40,000 nucleotides of DNA from Dolichospermum flos-aquae CCAP 1403/13F (GTDB lineage: Bacteria > Cyanobacteriota > Cyanobacteriia > Cyanobacteriales > Nostocaceae). Where the stretch lies: positions 4,243,334-4,283,333 of the forward strand of contig NZ_CP051206.1 of assembly GCF_012516395.1 (NCBI RefSeq). The letters are read 5' to 3'. Shown piece after piece: positions 18,801-26,300 of the stretch. The notes under the pieces were generated by a model that made no database searches, was not told the origin of the DNA, and saw only the letters and a program-made list of their open reading frames with translations. Both the position numbers and the translations under genes were made by a program. Position 1 is the first letter of the stretch, and every line of letters starts with the position of its first letter.

Positions 18801-19530
18801 TTCTGATGGGGCAATTGAAATTTTAGGCCGTTTAGATCATCAAATTAAAATTCGAGGAGTTCGTGTTCAACCAGGAGAAATTGAAGCCATTTTAAACCAA
18901 CATCCAGCAGTCGGAGAAGGTGTAGTCATTGCTAAACAAAAAACCTCTGGAGAGGATGATATTGTTGCTTACATAGTTGTTAAATCAGGACAATCTGTAA
19001 CTACTCAAGAGATCCGAAAGTTTCTCAAAAACCAACTACCAGAATATATGATTCCGTTGTTTTTTGTAGAGTTAGACAGTCTACCTCTAACGGCAACAGG
19101 TAAAGTAAATCGTCAATTACTACCCGAACCTAATTATAGTCCAAATCAGGCTTCTGAGCGGCGAGAACCTCGAACACCCATGGAAATTAAAGTAGTGGCA
19201 ATCATTTGCCAAATTCTTGATTTGCAACAAATTAGTATTGATGATAATTTCTTTGCATTGGGAGGACATTCCTTATTAGCTGCTCAAGTTATTTCTCGAT
19301 TGCAAAAAGAGTTTCAGGTCAATATTCCTCTCAAATCCTTATTTGAGATGCCTACTGCGGCTGAACTTGCTACTTTAATTGAAAAGCTGCAATTAGAAAC
19401 AACTGGTGAATCTATAATTCCCAAAATCACCAAAATATCTCGAAAACGTCATCAAGCCAAAGTATCTTCTGAAGGTAAATTGGCACTATCTGAGGAATTA
19501 AAAGACGAAAATTTCAAGCCTAATCAATAG
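6844..19530 (+). CDS. Hybrid PKS-NRPS: KS-AT-ACP-LLM-KR(Tyr->His)-C-A-PCP-C-A-PCP
   Basis: 4228-aa ORF. ATG 6844 overlaps the previous stop and directly abuts GGAGG (6839-6843). The second in-frame ATG at 6853 has better RBS spacing and may be the true start. Domain motifs are listed in the domain features. Confidence 0.9.
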   Translation: MTKMTAVTDNVKNLSSLQRSVLLIEKLESQVNRLKYAKTEPIAIIGMSCRFPGSANDPQAFWEILKSGTDAVTEIPSQRWNIADYYDENPQTPGKIYTKSGGFLPEVDKFDPQFFGISSREAVSIDPQHRLLLEVTWEALENAGHIPQRNQGSSTGVFVGITLNDYGSIAKQSHSDVSVEAYGVTGSPSYAAAGRISYTFGFTGPCMAIDTACSSSLVAIHQGCQSLRQQECQMAVVGGVNLILLPDSMIATSKANMLSSDGRCKTFDASADGIGRGEGCGILVIKRLSDAEANGDKILAVIRGSAVNQDGPSSGLTVPNGNSQQQVMLQALKMAKIEAAEVSYVEAHGTGTPLGDPIELRSLAKIYAAHHSQDNPLFIGSAKTNISHVETAAGVAGVIKVILQLQHQQIAPHLHLKTPTTHFNWQDFSVIVPTKITPWSVQSGSRIGVVNSFGATGTNAHIILAEAPPQLKPAHSSLERPLHLLTLSAKTEPALKDLVKRYQSWLDINADLKIADICYSANTGRGHFKHRLALLVSETQELATKLENLTSPQEQMTGVLHGQLSSNGGNPKVAFLFTGQGSQYVDMGRELYETQPLFRKIIEQCDTIVRSHLEKSLLEILYPQNPHESETSFLDQTNYTQPALFALEYALAQLWISWGIKPNAVMGHSVGEYVAACIAGVFSLEDGLKLIATRARLMQSLPDNGEMLAVFADKDRVMQAIASHEDKVAIAAYNGLENIVISGEKQAIAAIKTKLENAGIDSRPLNTSHAFHSPLVDPILNQLAQAANQIKIHPPRIPIISNLTGQTLSAGQRLDGQYWQQHSREAVKFTDGLRTLVEQGYETFLEIGPKPILSKLGNRCQLGDNLLWLPSLVTGQPAHSILLNSLAELYVRGADVNWSGFDENYPFQRLILPNYPFQRQRYWFETPALENREQEVGVIKSVPAVLQADTALSSQRVQILKSLQFLIGQALQISPDEVDIQIPLVEMGADSIVFMETGQKLETTFGVRIPIRKLFEDLSTLNALGTYINEHLPAGFVFTPPAQNNSQEVVLAAEATTPNVETKKNESLSANSSPQTPALEQIGTNAIERIMSQQLQAMSDLMSQQLAVLRGETTLSQTQQHISHLVSPPENSPVNFAQTGTKNSKRQEFWERREFKPRLSELEKSAADFPINVPANKEMQFSLYYFGSYDAEFASDKYSLLFAGVKYADENGFTSVWLPERHFHAFGGFSPNPSVLCAALAKVTSQIHLRAGSVVLPIHHPVRVAEDWAIIDNISQGRVGISFASGWHPHDFIFAPQDYDDRREIMFEGIETVQKLWRGESIQLPSGSGKLAEIRTFPMPQQQELPAWVTIVNNPDTYIRAGAMGIGVLTNLMGQTVDDLARNIALYRESLALHGYDASVGQVTVLLHTFVGTDLQQVQEQARQPFQDYLTSSIGLFQALVKSQGLEVADFEKMTEDDKDYILSAAYQRYIQTSALIGTPDSCIEIVEKLLAIGVDEIACLIDFGVEEAAVLANLPHLKTLKERINQLKTADWLYTLDWQQQPCDVSALSPAEPGHWLIFADKQGVGNALANQLRSHDQTCALIYPQGSDTTLPKSDLELNPTDPTAFNQLLQNQIAASELPLQGIIHLWSLDSPLSDQLTVDLLHQSQQMVCASVLHLVQAVDQHPDLKNACPQLWLITQQAIMAENNAPTGIAQSSLWGLGRVVTIEHPEMWGGLIDIDAQRTAFEVSQQLWLEIRAQQGKGEQAEDQVLLHQEKRYVARLARHSVSNADIVPVNLGLEGTYLITGGLGALGIRLAKWLVDQGIGHLVLCGRSVPSAKIQTQIRQLQQQGIQVMVAQLDVSNSADLSALLRKVQERTKDNWPQLQGIFHLAGLLDDGVLFQQTWERFETVFNPKVLGTWNLHILTQDLPIKHFVLFSSIASLLGSPGQSNHAAANAFIDALAHLRRAKDLPAVSINWGSWTEIGKVTRLEGAQKQRWQEYFDKLWRSYGMEAIAPREGFHALGQLLNQPPVQVGVFPIDWPKFCQSLNVQHKPLLLNLTQPQTPSAHLRIPLSEAQKQLWLLSEIVREGSIVYNDNVNLELRGDLQVEILKQSIQTVIQRHESLRTVIDPQGEWQEILPTLVIEIPLIDLSSVQGEQDDKLRDWLVKRSQKPLNLVKDPLLQVEVLKLEQQRHVLVITIHHIISDGWSVENILKEIAQIYSDLSNGSAVTLDSPLQFREFLNWQNNRSQTEEMLNHESFWLEQFANSIPVLELPTDRTRPLSKTYHGHRQTRETDPSLREQLRRLSQGQGCTLFMTLLAAHFVFLHRLSRQEEIVLGIPTSGRFLSGGETMVGYATHLLPIRSCFQEDLTFLAYLAEIRRTLLTAYEHQDYPFSQLLKRLNLKSDHSRTPLVSVTFNLQPPVPTTQLRDLQTTLVERPVSFTHFDLHFIVIDMGDRLILEAKYNTDLFNDATIERWLDHFHTLLQEIIAQPNQSVATVPLLTHQQRQQLLVGWNPPASKLEQDCIHHRFQVQVDQTPDAIAVVCEEEKLTYYELNARSNQLACLLGGEIRYDLMNHEGTKVTKEEGKKEEGKIDGFPVRSGDLVVLYVGRSVVCLVGILGIWKAGGVYVLLDASTTPPHRLALLLADIQPAVLLTQAEYSANLPDSLSCPVVLLDRELSTSSENSPCLVKSDDLAYIIFTSGSTGQPKGVAIEHGNLAAYTTSIIECLDLQPGRSFATVSTFAADLGYTAIFPTLCTGGVLHIITQETSTDPRSLAAYFSQHQIDYLKIVPAHLNALLDGEQSLQVLPRHTLILGGDTLAWDLAQKMQNLAPQCRIFNHYGPSETTVGVLTFCVPQDQQQLEYLSKTVPLGRPLPHAQVYILDQYQQPVPIGVPGEIYIGGASVGSGYFNRPELTAAKFVSHPYSHTPDSERLYKTGDLARYLPDGNIEFLGRIDNQVKIRGFRIELGEVESILSQHPGVQQVVVLVEEERLIAYWVAVQIVGVNVPSAQELRQYLQGQLPDYMIPSFLINLEGIPLTANGKVNRQALPLPAQDLSQVADFIAPRTPTEQAIADIFTTVLRLESIGIDNNFFELGGHSLLATQVISRLRETFQINLPLVSLFAAPTVAGIDSIIHQQLQQGLGKLAPPIQAVERTPDLELPLSWSQERLWFIDQLEEANATYNMPAAVRLQGNLHVPALERALAEIVQRHEVLRTGFQTRDGQAVQVISPAARLTLPTIDLQSLSVDQQQISVQKHILEAAQTPFNLSQPPLMRATLLLISPKEYVLLITMHHIVSDGWSVGVVVGELSTLYQAFSQNRISPLTNLNIQYADFAIWQRQWLTGEVLQTQLSYWQTQLGGNLPILNLPLDYGLSAGQDHRGVGEHLSIERSLTQSLKALSDQEGVTLFMTLFAAFNVLLSRHTGQEDIIVGSPIAGRHHFGCEDLVGFFINTLPLRTNLADNPNFRQLLKRVREVTLGAYTHQDIPLEKLVEELRPERVLNRHPLFDVLFNFVNTPEAVLDLGDLTFERLTQPEPYAKFWLTFYIRQVGEALNVELVYRQGLFAPSRMTALLEQFVFLLTQVVDHPDQKIQSYSLLSPQSAALLPDPAMPLVEPDYELVSTSFINWAKQTPAQIAICQHGRNWTYGELATVSRKIAQMLIHHGLQPKDAVALSGDRSFGVIASILGILLSGGVLVIIDPHLPPQRQNLMLEQTQARYVITIGNPSTVWEKELKIIAIDPHTGAIGEEMATDDIPLPALAPNDPAYIFFTSGSTGTPKGVLGTHKGIAHFIHWQRHTFEITPSDRIAQLIGLAFDAILRDIFLPLTSGATLCLPDPDYIPGSPQILSWLETEKISLFHTVPAVAQSWLQQIPETITLSSLRWVFFSGEPLTHSLVQKWRQNFPAAGNIVNLYGATETTMVKCFYQVPPEISVGVLPGGWPLPDTQILIFNTQNQLCGIGEIGQIVVRTPFRTLGYINPIPSPFVLNPFRQDMQDLLYYTGDNGRYRSDGAIEILGRLDHQIKIRGVRVQPGEIEAILNQHPAVGEGVVIAKQKTSGEDDIVAYIVVKSGQSVTTQEIRKFLKNQLPEYMIPLFFVELDSLPLTATGKVNRQLLPEPNYSPNQASERREPRTPMEIKVVAIICQILDLQQISIDDNFFALGGHSLLAAQVISRLQKEFQVNIPLKSLFEMPTAAELATLIEKLQLETTGESIIPKITKISRKRHQAKVSSEGKLALSEELKDENFKPNQ
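6961..8245 (+). other. KS domain (module 2)
   Basis: EPIAIIGMSCRFPG, DTACSSS (Cys codon 7480-7482), EAHGTGTPLGDPIE, KTNISHVETAAG, GTNAHIILAE. Confidence 0.9.
8557..9460 (+). other. AT domain, malonyl-type (module 2)
   Basis: VAFLFTGQGSQ, GHSVGE (Ser codon 8848-8850), TSHAFHS. Confidence 0.8.
9700..9938 (+). other. ACP domain placed directly after AT (module 2)
   Basis: ILKSLQFLIGQALQISPDEVDIQIPLVEMGADSIVFMETGQKLETTFGVRIPIRKLFEDLSTLNALGTYI. Ser codon 9814-9816. This is the only carrier domain between the AT and the first C domain. Confidence 0.8.
10378..11430 (+). other. LLM-2: luciferase-like monooxygenase domain between ACP and KR
   Basis: MQFSLYYFGSYD...YADENGFTSVWLPERHFHAFGGFSPNPSV...RAGSVVLPIHHPVRVAEDWAIIDNISQGRVGISFASGWHPHDF...LHTFVG...IGVDEIACLIDFG. 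Confidence 0.85.
11434..12920 (+). other. KR domain (module 2) with catalytic Tyr replaced by His
   Basis: GHWLIFADKQG, WGLGRV, YLITGGLGALG, LDD motif (HLAGLLDDG), NPKVLGTWNL, SSIASLLGSPGQSNHAAAN. The codon at the canonical YAAAN Tyr position is CAT (12640-12642). Confidence 0.75.
12997..14290 (+). other. C domain 1 (acyl-acceptor, PKS/NRPS interface)
   Basis: IPLSEAQKQLWLL, RHESLRTVI, HHIISDGWS (13387-13413). It follows the KR directly with no intervening carrier domain. Confidence 0.85.
14365..15940 (+). other. A domain 1, hand-extracted code DLTKIGHVGK (Asp-like)
   Basis: LTYYELN, IIFTSGSTGQPKGV, FAADLGYT, NHYGPSETTV, GEIYIGG, YKTGDLARY, KIRGFRIELGE, NGKVNR. The code was aligned by eye to GrsA-PheA positions 235-331. 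From memory, the canonical Asp code is DLTKVGHIGK. Confidence 0.65.
14491..14580 (+). repeat. In-frame repeat-derived ~30-codon insertion between A-domain cores A1 and A2
   Basis: cacgaagg occurs three times (14515-14539) and gaaggaggaggggaa twice (14536-14565). Translated as EIRYDLMNHEGTKVTKEEGKKEEGKIDGFP. The equivalent segments of the other A domains in the window are about 28 aa shorter. Confidence 0.75.
15975..16200 (+). other. PCP domain 1
   Basis: FFELGGHSLLATQVISRL, Ser codon 16081-16083. Confidence 0.9.
16267..17590 (+). other. C domain 2
   Basis: LPLSWSQERLWFIDQLE, RHEVLRTGF, MHHIVSDGWS, IQYADFAIWQR. Confidence 0.85.
17640..19130 (+). other. A domain 2, hand-extracted code DARHFSLMVK (DxRH class)
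   Basis: WTYGEL, IFFTSGSTGTPKGVLGTH, LAFDAILRD, FHTVPA, NLYGATETT, YYTGDNGRY, KIRGVRVQPGE, TGKVNR. Arg at position 239 and His at 278 are the pair I recall from the microcystin iso-linked MeAsp/Glu modules (McyB2 DARHVGIFVK, McyE DPRHSGVVGK). Confidence 0.5.
19165..19390 (+). other. PCP domain 2
   Basis: FFALGGHSLLAAQVISRL, Ser codon 19270-19272. Confidence 0.9.
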
Positions 19531-19531
19531 G

Positions 19532-19548
19532 ATTGGTAATTGGTAATC
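19532..19548. repeat. TTGGTAA heptamer (STRR-like) in the NRPS-racemase spacer
   Basis: attggtaattggtaatc. It contains the TTG used as the ORF-track start of the racemase ORF. Confidence 0.5.
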
Positions 19549-19569
19549 AACTTAGTAAATAAGGATGAA

Positions 19570-20328
19570 ATGGATAAGATGGATAAAATTTTAGGTATTT
19601 TGGGAGGAATGGGACCTTTAGCATCAGCAGAATTTGTGAAAACTATTTATGAGTACAATATTGCCGGAGACAAAGAACAAACCGCACCCAGAATTATGCT
19701 CAATTCTAATCCTTCCATTCCTGATAGAACAAGTTTTCTGCTCAAAGGGAATTATGATTTATTGTTGAGGAATTTGATTGAATCAGCCCATCAATTGAGC
19801 GATTTACAAGTTTCTAAGATTGTTATTTGTTGTTTTACATCTCATTATTTATTGCCATACTTACCCAGCAACATCAGGGAAAAAATCATTTCTTTAGTTG
19901 ATGTTTGTTTACAAGAAGTGTGGAGTTGTAAAGGTCGTCATTTGCTTTTATGTACAAATGGAACTTATCAACTAAAAATATTCCAAAGTAGTGAATTATG
20001 GCAGATGACGGCGGATAATATTATTATTCCCGATGAACAAGACCAAAATGCCATCCATAATATGATTTATCAAATCAAGGTTAATAAACAAAGCTTTGAT
20101 TCAGCTACTATTTTCTTGAAAACTCTTATGAATAAATATCATGTAAATTCCCTTATATCCGGTTGCACAGAAATCCACTTACTCAACCGCTATATTCACT
20201 CTCAAAACCATCAAAATCAAGAATATTTTGATCATAGTATTTTCTTAGATCCTCTGATGATTATTGCCACCAGATTAGAGAAATTCCTGGGTGAAAATTC
20301 ATTCAATCTCACTACAATTTCTGCCTGA
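19570..20328 (+). CDS. Aspartate/glutamate racemase family protein (McyF-like stand-alone racemase)
   Basis: ILGILGGMGPLASAEF N-terminal motif and two Cys motifs (VICCFTSHY and ISGCTEIHL) typical of PLP-independent two-thiol racemases. The ORF-track start TTG 19540 lies in a heptamer repeat. ATG 19570 is preceded by AAGGA (19561-19565); ATG 19579 is an alternative. Confidence 0.8.
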   Translation: MDKMDKILGILGGMGPLASAEFVKTIYEYNIAGDKEQTAPRIMLNSNPSIPDRTSFLLKGNYDLLLRNLIESAHQLSDLQVSKIVICCFTSHYLLPYLPSNIREKIISLVDVCLQEVWSCKGRHLLLCTNGTYQLKIFQSSELWQMTADNIIIPDEQDQNAIHNMIYQIKVNKQSFDSATIFLKTLMNKYHVNSLISGCTEIHLLNRYIHSQNHQNQEYFDHSIFLDPLMIIATRLEKFLGENSFNLTTISA

Positions 20329-20391
20329 GTTAATAAATATTCTGACTGCTAACTAGTACAACCCTGAAAAACCTAAATTGTATTTTTAGAA

Positions 20392-23300
20392 ATGACTGAT
20401 AATACCTTACTCTCAACCGCATCAGAAACCTTTGTTTTTCCCTTGTCCTTTTCCCAAGAAAGACTATGGTTTCTTAACCAACTTGAAGGAGCTAATGCTA
20501 CCTACAATATGTCTGCGGCAATTCGTTTAAGTGGAAAAATTAATATTCAAGTTCTAGAAAAAGCTATAAACGAAATTCTTCAACGTCATGAGGTGTTAAG
20601 AACGAGTTTTCAGATTCTCGATAGTCAAACAGTACAGGTAATTTCTACAGATGTAGATTTCACCCTACATTGTATTAATTTAGAAGATTTGCCCGCAACT
20701 GAACGGGAGATAAACGTTCAAAAATGGATGAAAAAGGAAGCTATCACACCTTTTGATCTATCTCAATCTCCCTTAATCAGAGCTACACTTTTACAAACTG
20801 ATATTCAAGAATATGTACTGTTGGTGACAATGCACCATATTATCTCAGATGCTTGGTCTGTGGGTATTGTCATTCGAGAGTTGTCTATAATATACCGAGC
20901 TTTTATTGAAAGTCAGCCCCATGCGCTGCCAGAATTAGATATTCAATATGCTGACTTTTCCCAGTGGCAAAGGGAATGGCTGCAAGGAGACAGATTAGAT
21001 AAACAGCTTACCTATTGGAAGAATTACTTAGCTGGTGTGTCGCCATTTCTCAAATTACCTACAGATCATCCTCGTCCACCAATTCAGACATTCTCAGGAC
21101 AGAATCAGCGATTTGCAATTGGGGCTGATTTGAGCATTGCCCTGAAACAATTGGCACAGGAGAATGGTTGCACCTTATTTATGGTTTTGTTTGCGGCCTA
21201 TGCCACATTACTCCATCGTTACAGTAATCAGGAAGATGTGGTGGTGGGTACATCTGTGGCCAATCGCAGCCAACCTGAACTAGAAACATTAATTGGCTTT
21301 TTTGTCAATACTTTAGTTCTCCGGGCAAAGTTTGAGCAAAATCTCACTTTCCTGGAACTGTTACAACAGGTAAAACAAGGGGCGCTAGAAAGTTACACCC
21401 ATCAAGATTTACCCTTTGAACAAATTGTCGAAGCATTACAACCAGAACGAAATTTAAGCCATTCCCCGATTTTTCAGGTGTGGTTTGTGTTACAGAATAC
21501 TCCCACTGAAACCTTACAACTACCAGATGTCACATTAACACCCTTGTTGTCTGAAACTCAGGTAGCTAAATTTGATTTAGCCTTATCAATGTCAGAAACC
21601 AAGTCAGGTTTGACAGGAATGTGGCAATATAACACAGATTTATTCGATGCTGATACCATAGCGCGGATGGTCGGGAATTTTCAGGTGTTGTTGGAGGCGA
21701 TCGCTACCCAACCCCAGGAAAAGATTAACCTGTTACCACTGTTAACGACACAAGAACAACAACTGTTAAATAACTGGAATCATACAGCCGCTCCCTATCC
21801 ACAAGATGTTTGCATTCATCAAATATTTGAAAAACAGGTGATGCTGACACCGGACGCTGTGGCGGTAGTATACGGAGAACAGCAACTCACATATCAACAA
21901 TTAAACGATCGCGCAAACCAATTAGCCCATCATTTACAAAGTATAGGGGTTGGTGCAGAAGTATTAGTAGGACTTTGTGTACATCGTTCTCTGGAAATGA
22001 TTGTGGGTTTGTTAGCAATTCTCAAAGCTGGTGGGGCTTATGTTCCCTTAGATCCCAATTATCCAGAAGAACGTTTAGCATACATCCTTAAAGATGCTGC
22101 GGTTTCCGTGTTGTTAATCCCCGAATCACTGGAGGAAAATTTGCCTCCCTCCTATGCCTTGGTAGTCTATTTAGATAGTGATTGGCAGGAAATTGCTACC
22201 CAAAGCTGTGAAAATCCTGTCCCCACAGTCCAACCCCACAACTTGGCCTATGTGATTTATACATCCGGTTCTACTGGTCAACCCAAGGGCGTTTTAGTAA
22301 CTCATCAGGGTATTGGTAATCTGGCTCTAGCTCAACAAAACTTATTTAAAGTAGAAAGTGATAGTCGCGTCCTGCAATTTGCGGCTTTTGGTTTTGATGC
22401 TTCCGTTTCCGAAATCTTCATGGCCTTGGTATCTGGCGCTCAACTGGTATTAGCACCATCACAACAAATAATGCCCGGTGTAGATTTGCAACGGACGATT
22501 GCTCATCATGGTATTACTCACATTACCTTACCCCCTTCAGCCTTAGCAATTTTGCCCCCAGAGCAGATACCAACACTAAAACAGGTAATTGTCGCTGGAG
22601 AAGCCTGTCCTGAACCTCTGGCTCGAATTTGGAGTCAAGGGCGGCATTTTTTCAACGCCTATGGACCGAGTGAAGCTACAGTTTGCGCCACCGTGGCGGA
22701 AGTTTGTTTCCCAGCAGCGGACAACACTAATGCAGTAGTTCCCATTGGTAGAGCGATCGCTAATACACAAATTTATATTCTTGATAACGCCTTACAACTT
22801 GTACCAGTAGGAGTACCAGGGGAAATATATATTGGTGGTGTCGGTATAGCTAGGGGATATTCCCACCAACCGCAACTGACAGCCGCAAAATTTATCGAAA
22901 ATCCCTTTCAAGCGGGAAGACTATATAAGACAGGGGATTTAGCCCGATATTTGCCCGATGGTAACATCGAATTTTTAGGTCGTCTTGACCGTCAAGTGAA
23001 AATTCGCGGGTTTAGAATTGAACTCTCAGAAATAGAAGCCCATTTAAGTCAGCATCCTCAAATACAGGAAACCACCGTTATTACCCGTGAAGACCCTTCG
23101 GGAAATCAACGATTGATAGCATATTTAGTGTCTAAAGACAATACCTTAACTACATCAGAATTAAGGCAGTTTCTCAAAAACAGGCTACCAGATTACATGG
23201 TGCCAAATATCTTTGTCATGTTGGACGTAATGCCATTAACACCAAATGGCAAAATTGATCATCGCAGCCTACCCTCTCCTGAACAAGATTTAATAGAGGA

Positions 23301-26300
23301 AAACAATTTTGTTGCGCCCCGTACACCGACAGAACAGCAAATTGCTGATATATTTGCGGCTGTTTTAAAAATAGAACAGGTAGGTATTTACAATAACTTC
23401 TTTGAACTCGGCGGACATTCGCTTTTAGCCACTCAAATTATCTCTCGATTTCGAGAAACTTTTCAAATCGAACTACCTTTAGAAACAATATTTAAATCAC
23501 CAAATGTTGCTGATTTGGATGTAATTATTCAGGAATGGTTAAATAATAATTCCGGGACAGATTCACCTCTAAATCAACCTTTACCGCCTGTAGTTGCACT
23601 ACCAAGGGATAGTTCCTTACCTCTAAGTTGGGGACAAGAACGTTTGTGGTTCTTAGATCAGTTAGAAGGGAGTAGAGTAGCGTATAACATTCCGATGGCA
23701 ATTCAGTTGCAAGGAGATTTAAATATTCAGGCTTTAGAACGGGCATTTCAAGAGATTGTCCACCGTCATGAAATATTGCGAACTCACTTTGCCACTGTTG
23801 ATGGCCAGCCCATACAAGTAATTGCCACAGCATCAAATTTTGGTTTAATTCAAGACAGCCTAAAAATAAGTTCTGGTGATAAATTAGCTATTGAAATTAA
23901 GCAAAGACTCATCCAAGAGGCGCAAACACCCTTTGATTTAACTCAGTCTCCTTTAATTCGGGCGTTACTACTGCACACAGGTGAAAATAACTATATTCTC
24001 CTTGTCACCATACATCACATTGTTAGCGATGGCTGGTCTATCAGAGTCATGGTAAACGAGTTATCCAGGCTCTATACTGCCTTTGTCCAGGGGTTGCCCT
24101 CTCCTTTACCACCTTTAACCATCCAGTACGCAGATTTTGTCCAGTGGCAACGTCAATGGTTACAGGGGGACATTCTGGAACGGCAGTTAACCTACTGGAA
24201 AACATACCTTTTAGGCGCTCCTCCAGTGCTGGAATTGCCTACTGATTATCCCCGTGCTGGGGTGCAAACCTTTCGCGGCTCACAGCAATCTTTTCAACTG
24301 TCTGGTGAATTGATTCATCAACTTAAACAACTTACCCAAACTACAGACACGACATTATTTATGGTGTTGTGTAGCACTTTCCTGATTTTACTCAATCGTT
24401 ATAGTGGTCAGGATGACATGATAGTGGGAACTGTCATGGCTAATCGTAATCGCACTGAGATTGAACCTTTAATTGGTTTATTTGTGAATACGTTGGTGCT
24501 GCGAACTCAGTTTGGAGAAGATGCCACTTTTATAGATATTTTGAGGCAGGTACAGCAAGGAACACTTGGAGGATATGCCCATCAAGATGTACCATTTGAA
24601 AAAATTGTGGAAGTATTGCAACCAGAACGAAATCTCAGCCATTCACCTCTATTCCAGGTGATGTTTTCGTTGCAAAATGCAGCCAGCACTTCACTAGATT
24701 TACCAGATGTTGTTTCTACTCCCCTGAAGTCGGAAATCCTCACAGCAAAATTTGATGTCACTGTTTCAATGGTAGAAACTGAGTCTGGATTGTCTGGCTT
24801 TTGGGAGTACAACACAGATTTATTTAAACCAGAAACCATCGCTGGCATGATCGGCCATTTCCAGATATTGTTGGCGGAGATTGTCACCAATGCTCAAGAG
24901 TGTGTCAGTAAATTGCCCCTATTGACACCACAGGAAACACACCAGCTATTAGTTAGCTGGAATCATACAGAAGTTGACTATAACCCAGATCATTGTTTGC
25001 ATCAACAGTTTGAACAACAGGTAGAGCGAACACCAGAAGCGATCGCCCTAATTTGCCAAAATCAGGAGTTAACTTACCGAGAACTCAATCACCGAGCAAA
25101 TCAATTAGCACATTACTTACAGCGTCAAGGCATCAGACCAGAAATGTTAGTGGGTATTTGTGTAGAGCGATCGCTAGAAATGATGGTGGGGTTATTAGGA
25201 ATTCTCAAAGCCGGCGCAGCATACATTCCCCTTGACCCACAGTATCCCCCAGAACGATTAGCTTTTATCCTCTCAGATAGCCAATTACCACTGTTATTAA
25301 CCCAGGAACGTCTCCAGGGGAATTTACCTAGTCATGGGGCTAAGGTCATCTGTTTAGATACTGATTGGGCTGACATTGCCCAGGAAAATCACACTAATCT
25401 GGGGACATCGGTAAAAGGTGAAAACCTAGCCTATCTCATCTACACTTCTGGTTCAACTGGACAACCCAAAGGGGTGATGATTGAACATCGTCAAGTTGCT
25501 AATTTCTTTGTGGGCATGGATCAGCGACTAGGCACACAAAGCAGTTCTCACTCGACAAAAACCTGGCTGGCTGTGACAACTATTTCCTTTGATATCTCGA
25601 TTCTGGAATTATTCTGGACATTGGCACGGGGGTTTAAGGTAGTTATTCAACCAGAGCCAGAGAAAACCATTGCGGCTACAGTTCCAGCGACACGGATACC
25701 AGAAAAAACAATGGAGTTTTCCCTGTTCTATTTTGCCAATGACAATGATACAGGCAATGATCAAAGAGAAAACCGTTACAAGTTGTTGATTGAAGGGGCT
25801 AAATTTGCTGATGGACATGGATTTACGGCAGTTTGGACACCAGAACGTCATTTCCATGAGTTTGGGGGGATTTATCCTAATCCGGCGGTGGCGAGTGCCG
25901 CGATCGCCGCAGTAACTAAACAGGTAAAAATTCGGGCTGGTAGTGTGGTTCTACCACTACATCAAGAAATTCGCGTCGCCGAAGAATGGGCTTTTGTAGA
26001 TAATTTATCTCATGGTCGAGTGGGAATTTCTTTTGCCAGTGGTTGGCAACCCAATGACTTTGTACTATCTCCCGACAATTATCAACGTCGTAAATCACTC
26101 CTCGTGGAACAGATCGAAACTGTCCGCAAACTTTGGCGAGGGGAATCTATCACCCTCAAAAATGGCAATGGTATTCCCACAGAAGTTAGAACTTTCCCTA
26201 AACCAATTCAAGCCGAATTACCAAGTTGGTTAACTGCTGCTGGTAATCCCGAAACCTTCCGATTAGCAGGAGAGTTGGGTTTAAATGTGCTGACACATCT

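Noticed and set aside
16267-24950. Calling C domains 2-4 DCL-type (D-donor specific) from their LS(W/F)(S/G)QERLWF(L/I)(D/N)QLE openings
   Set aside because: The C1 core alone does not discriminate LCL from DCL reliably from memory, and three D-donors with one racemase is implausible. Left as a check (C-domain phylogeny) rather than a claim.
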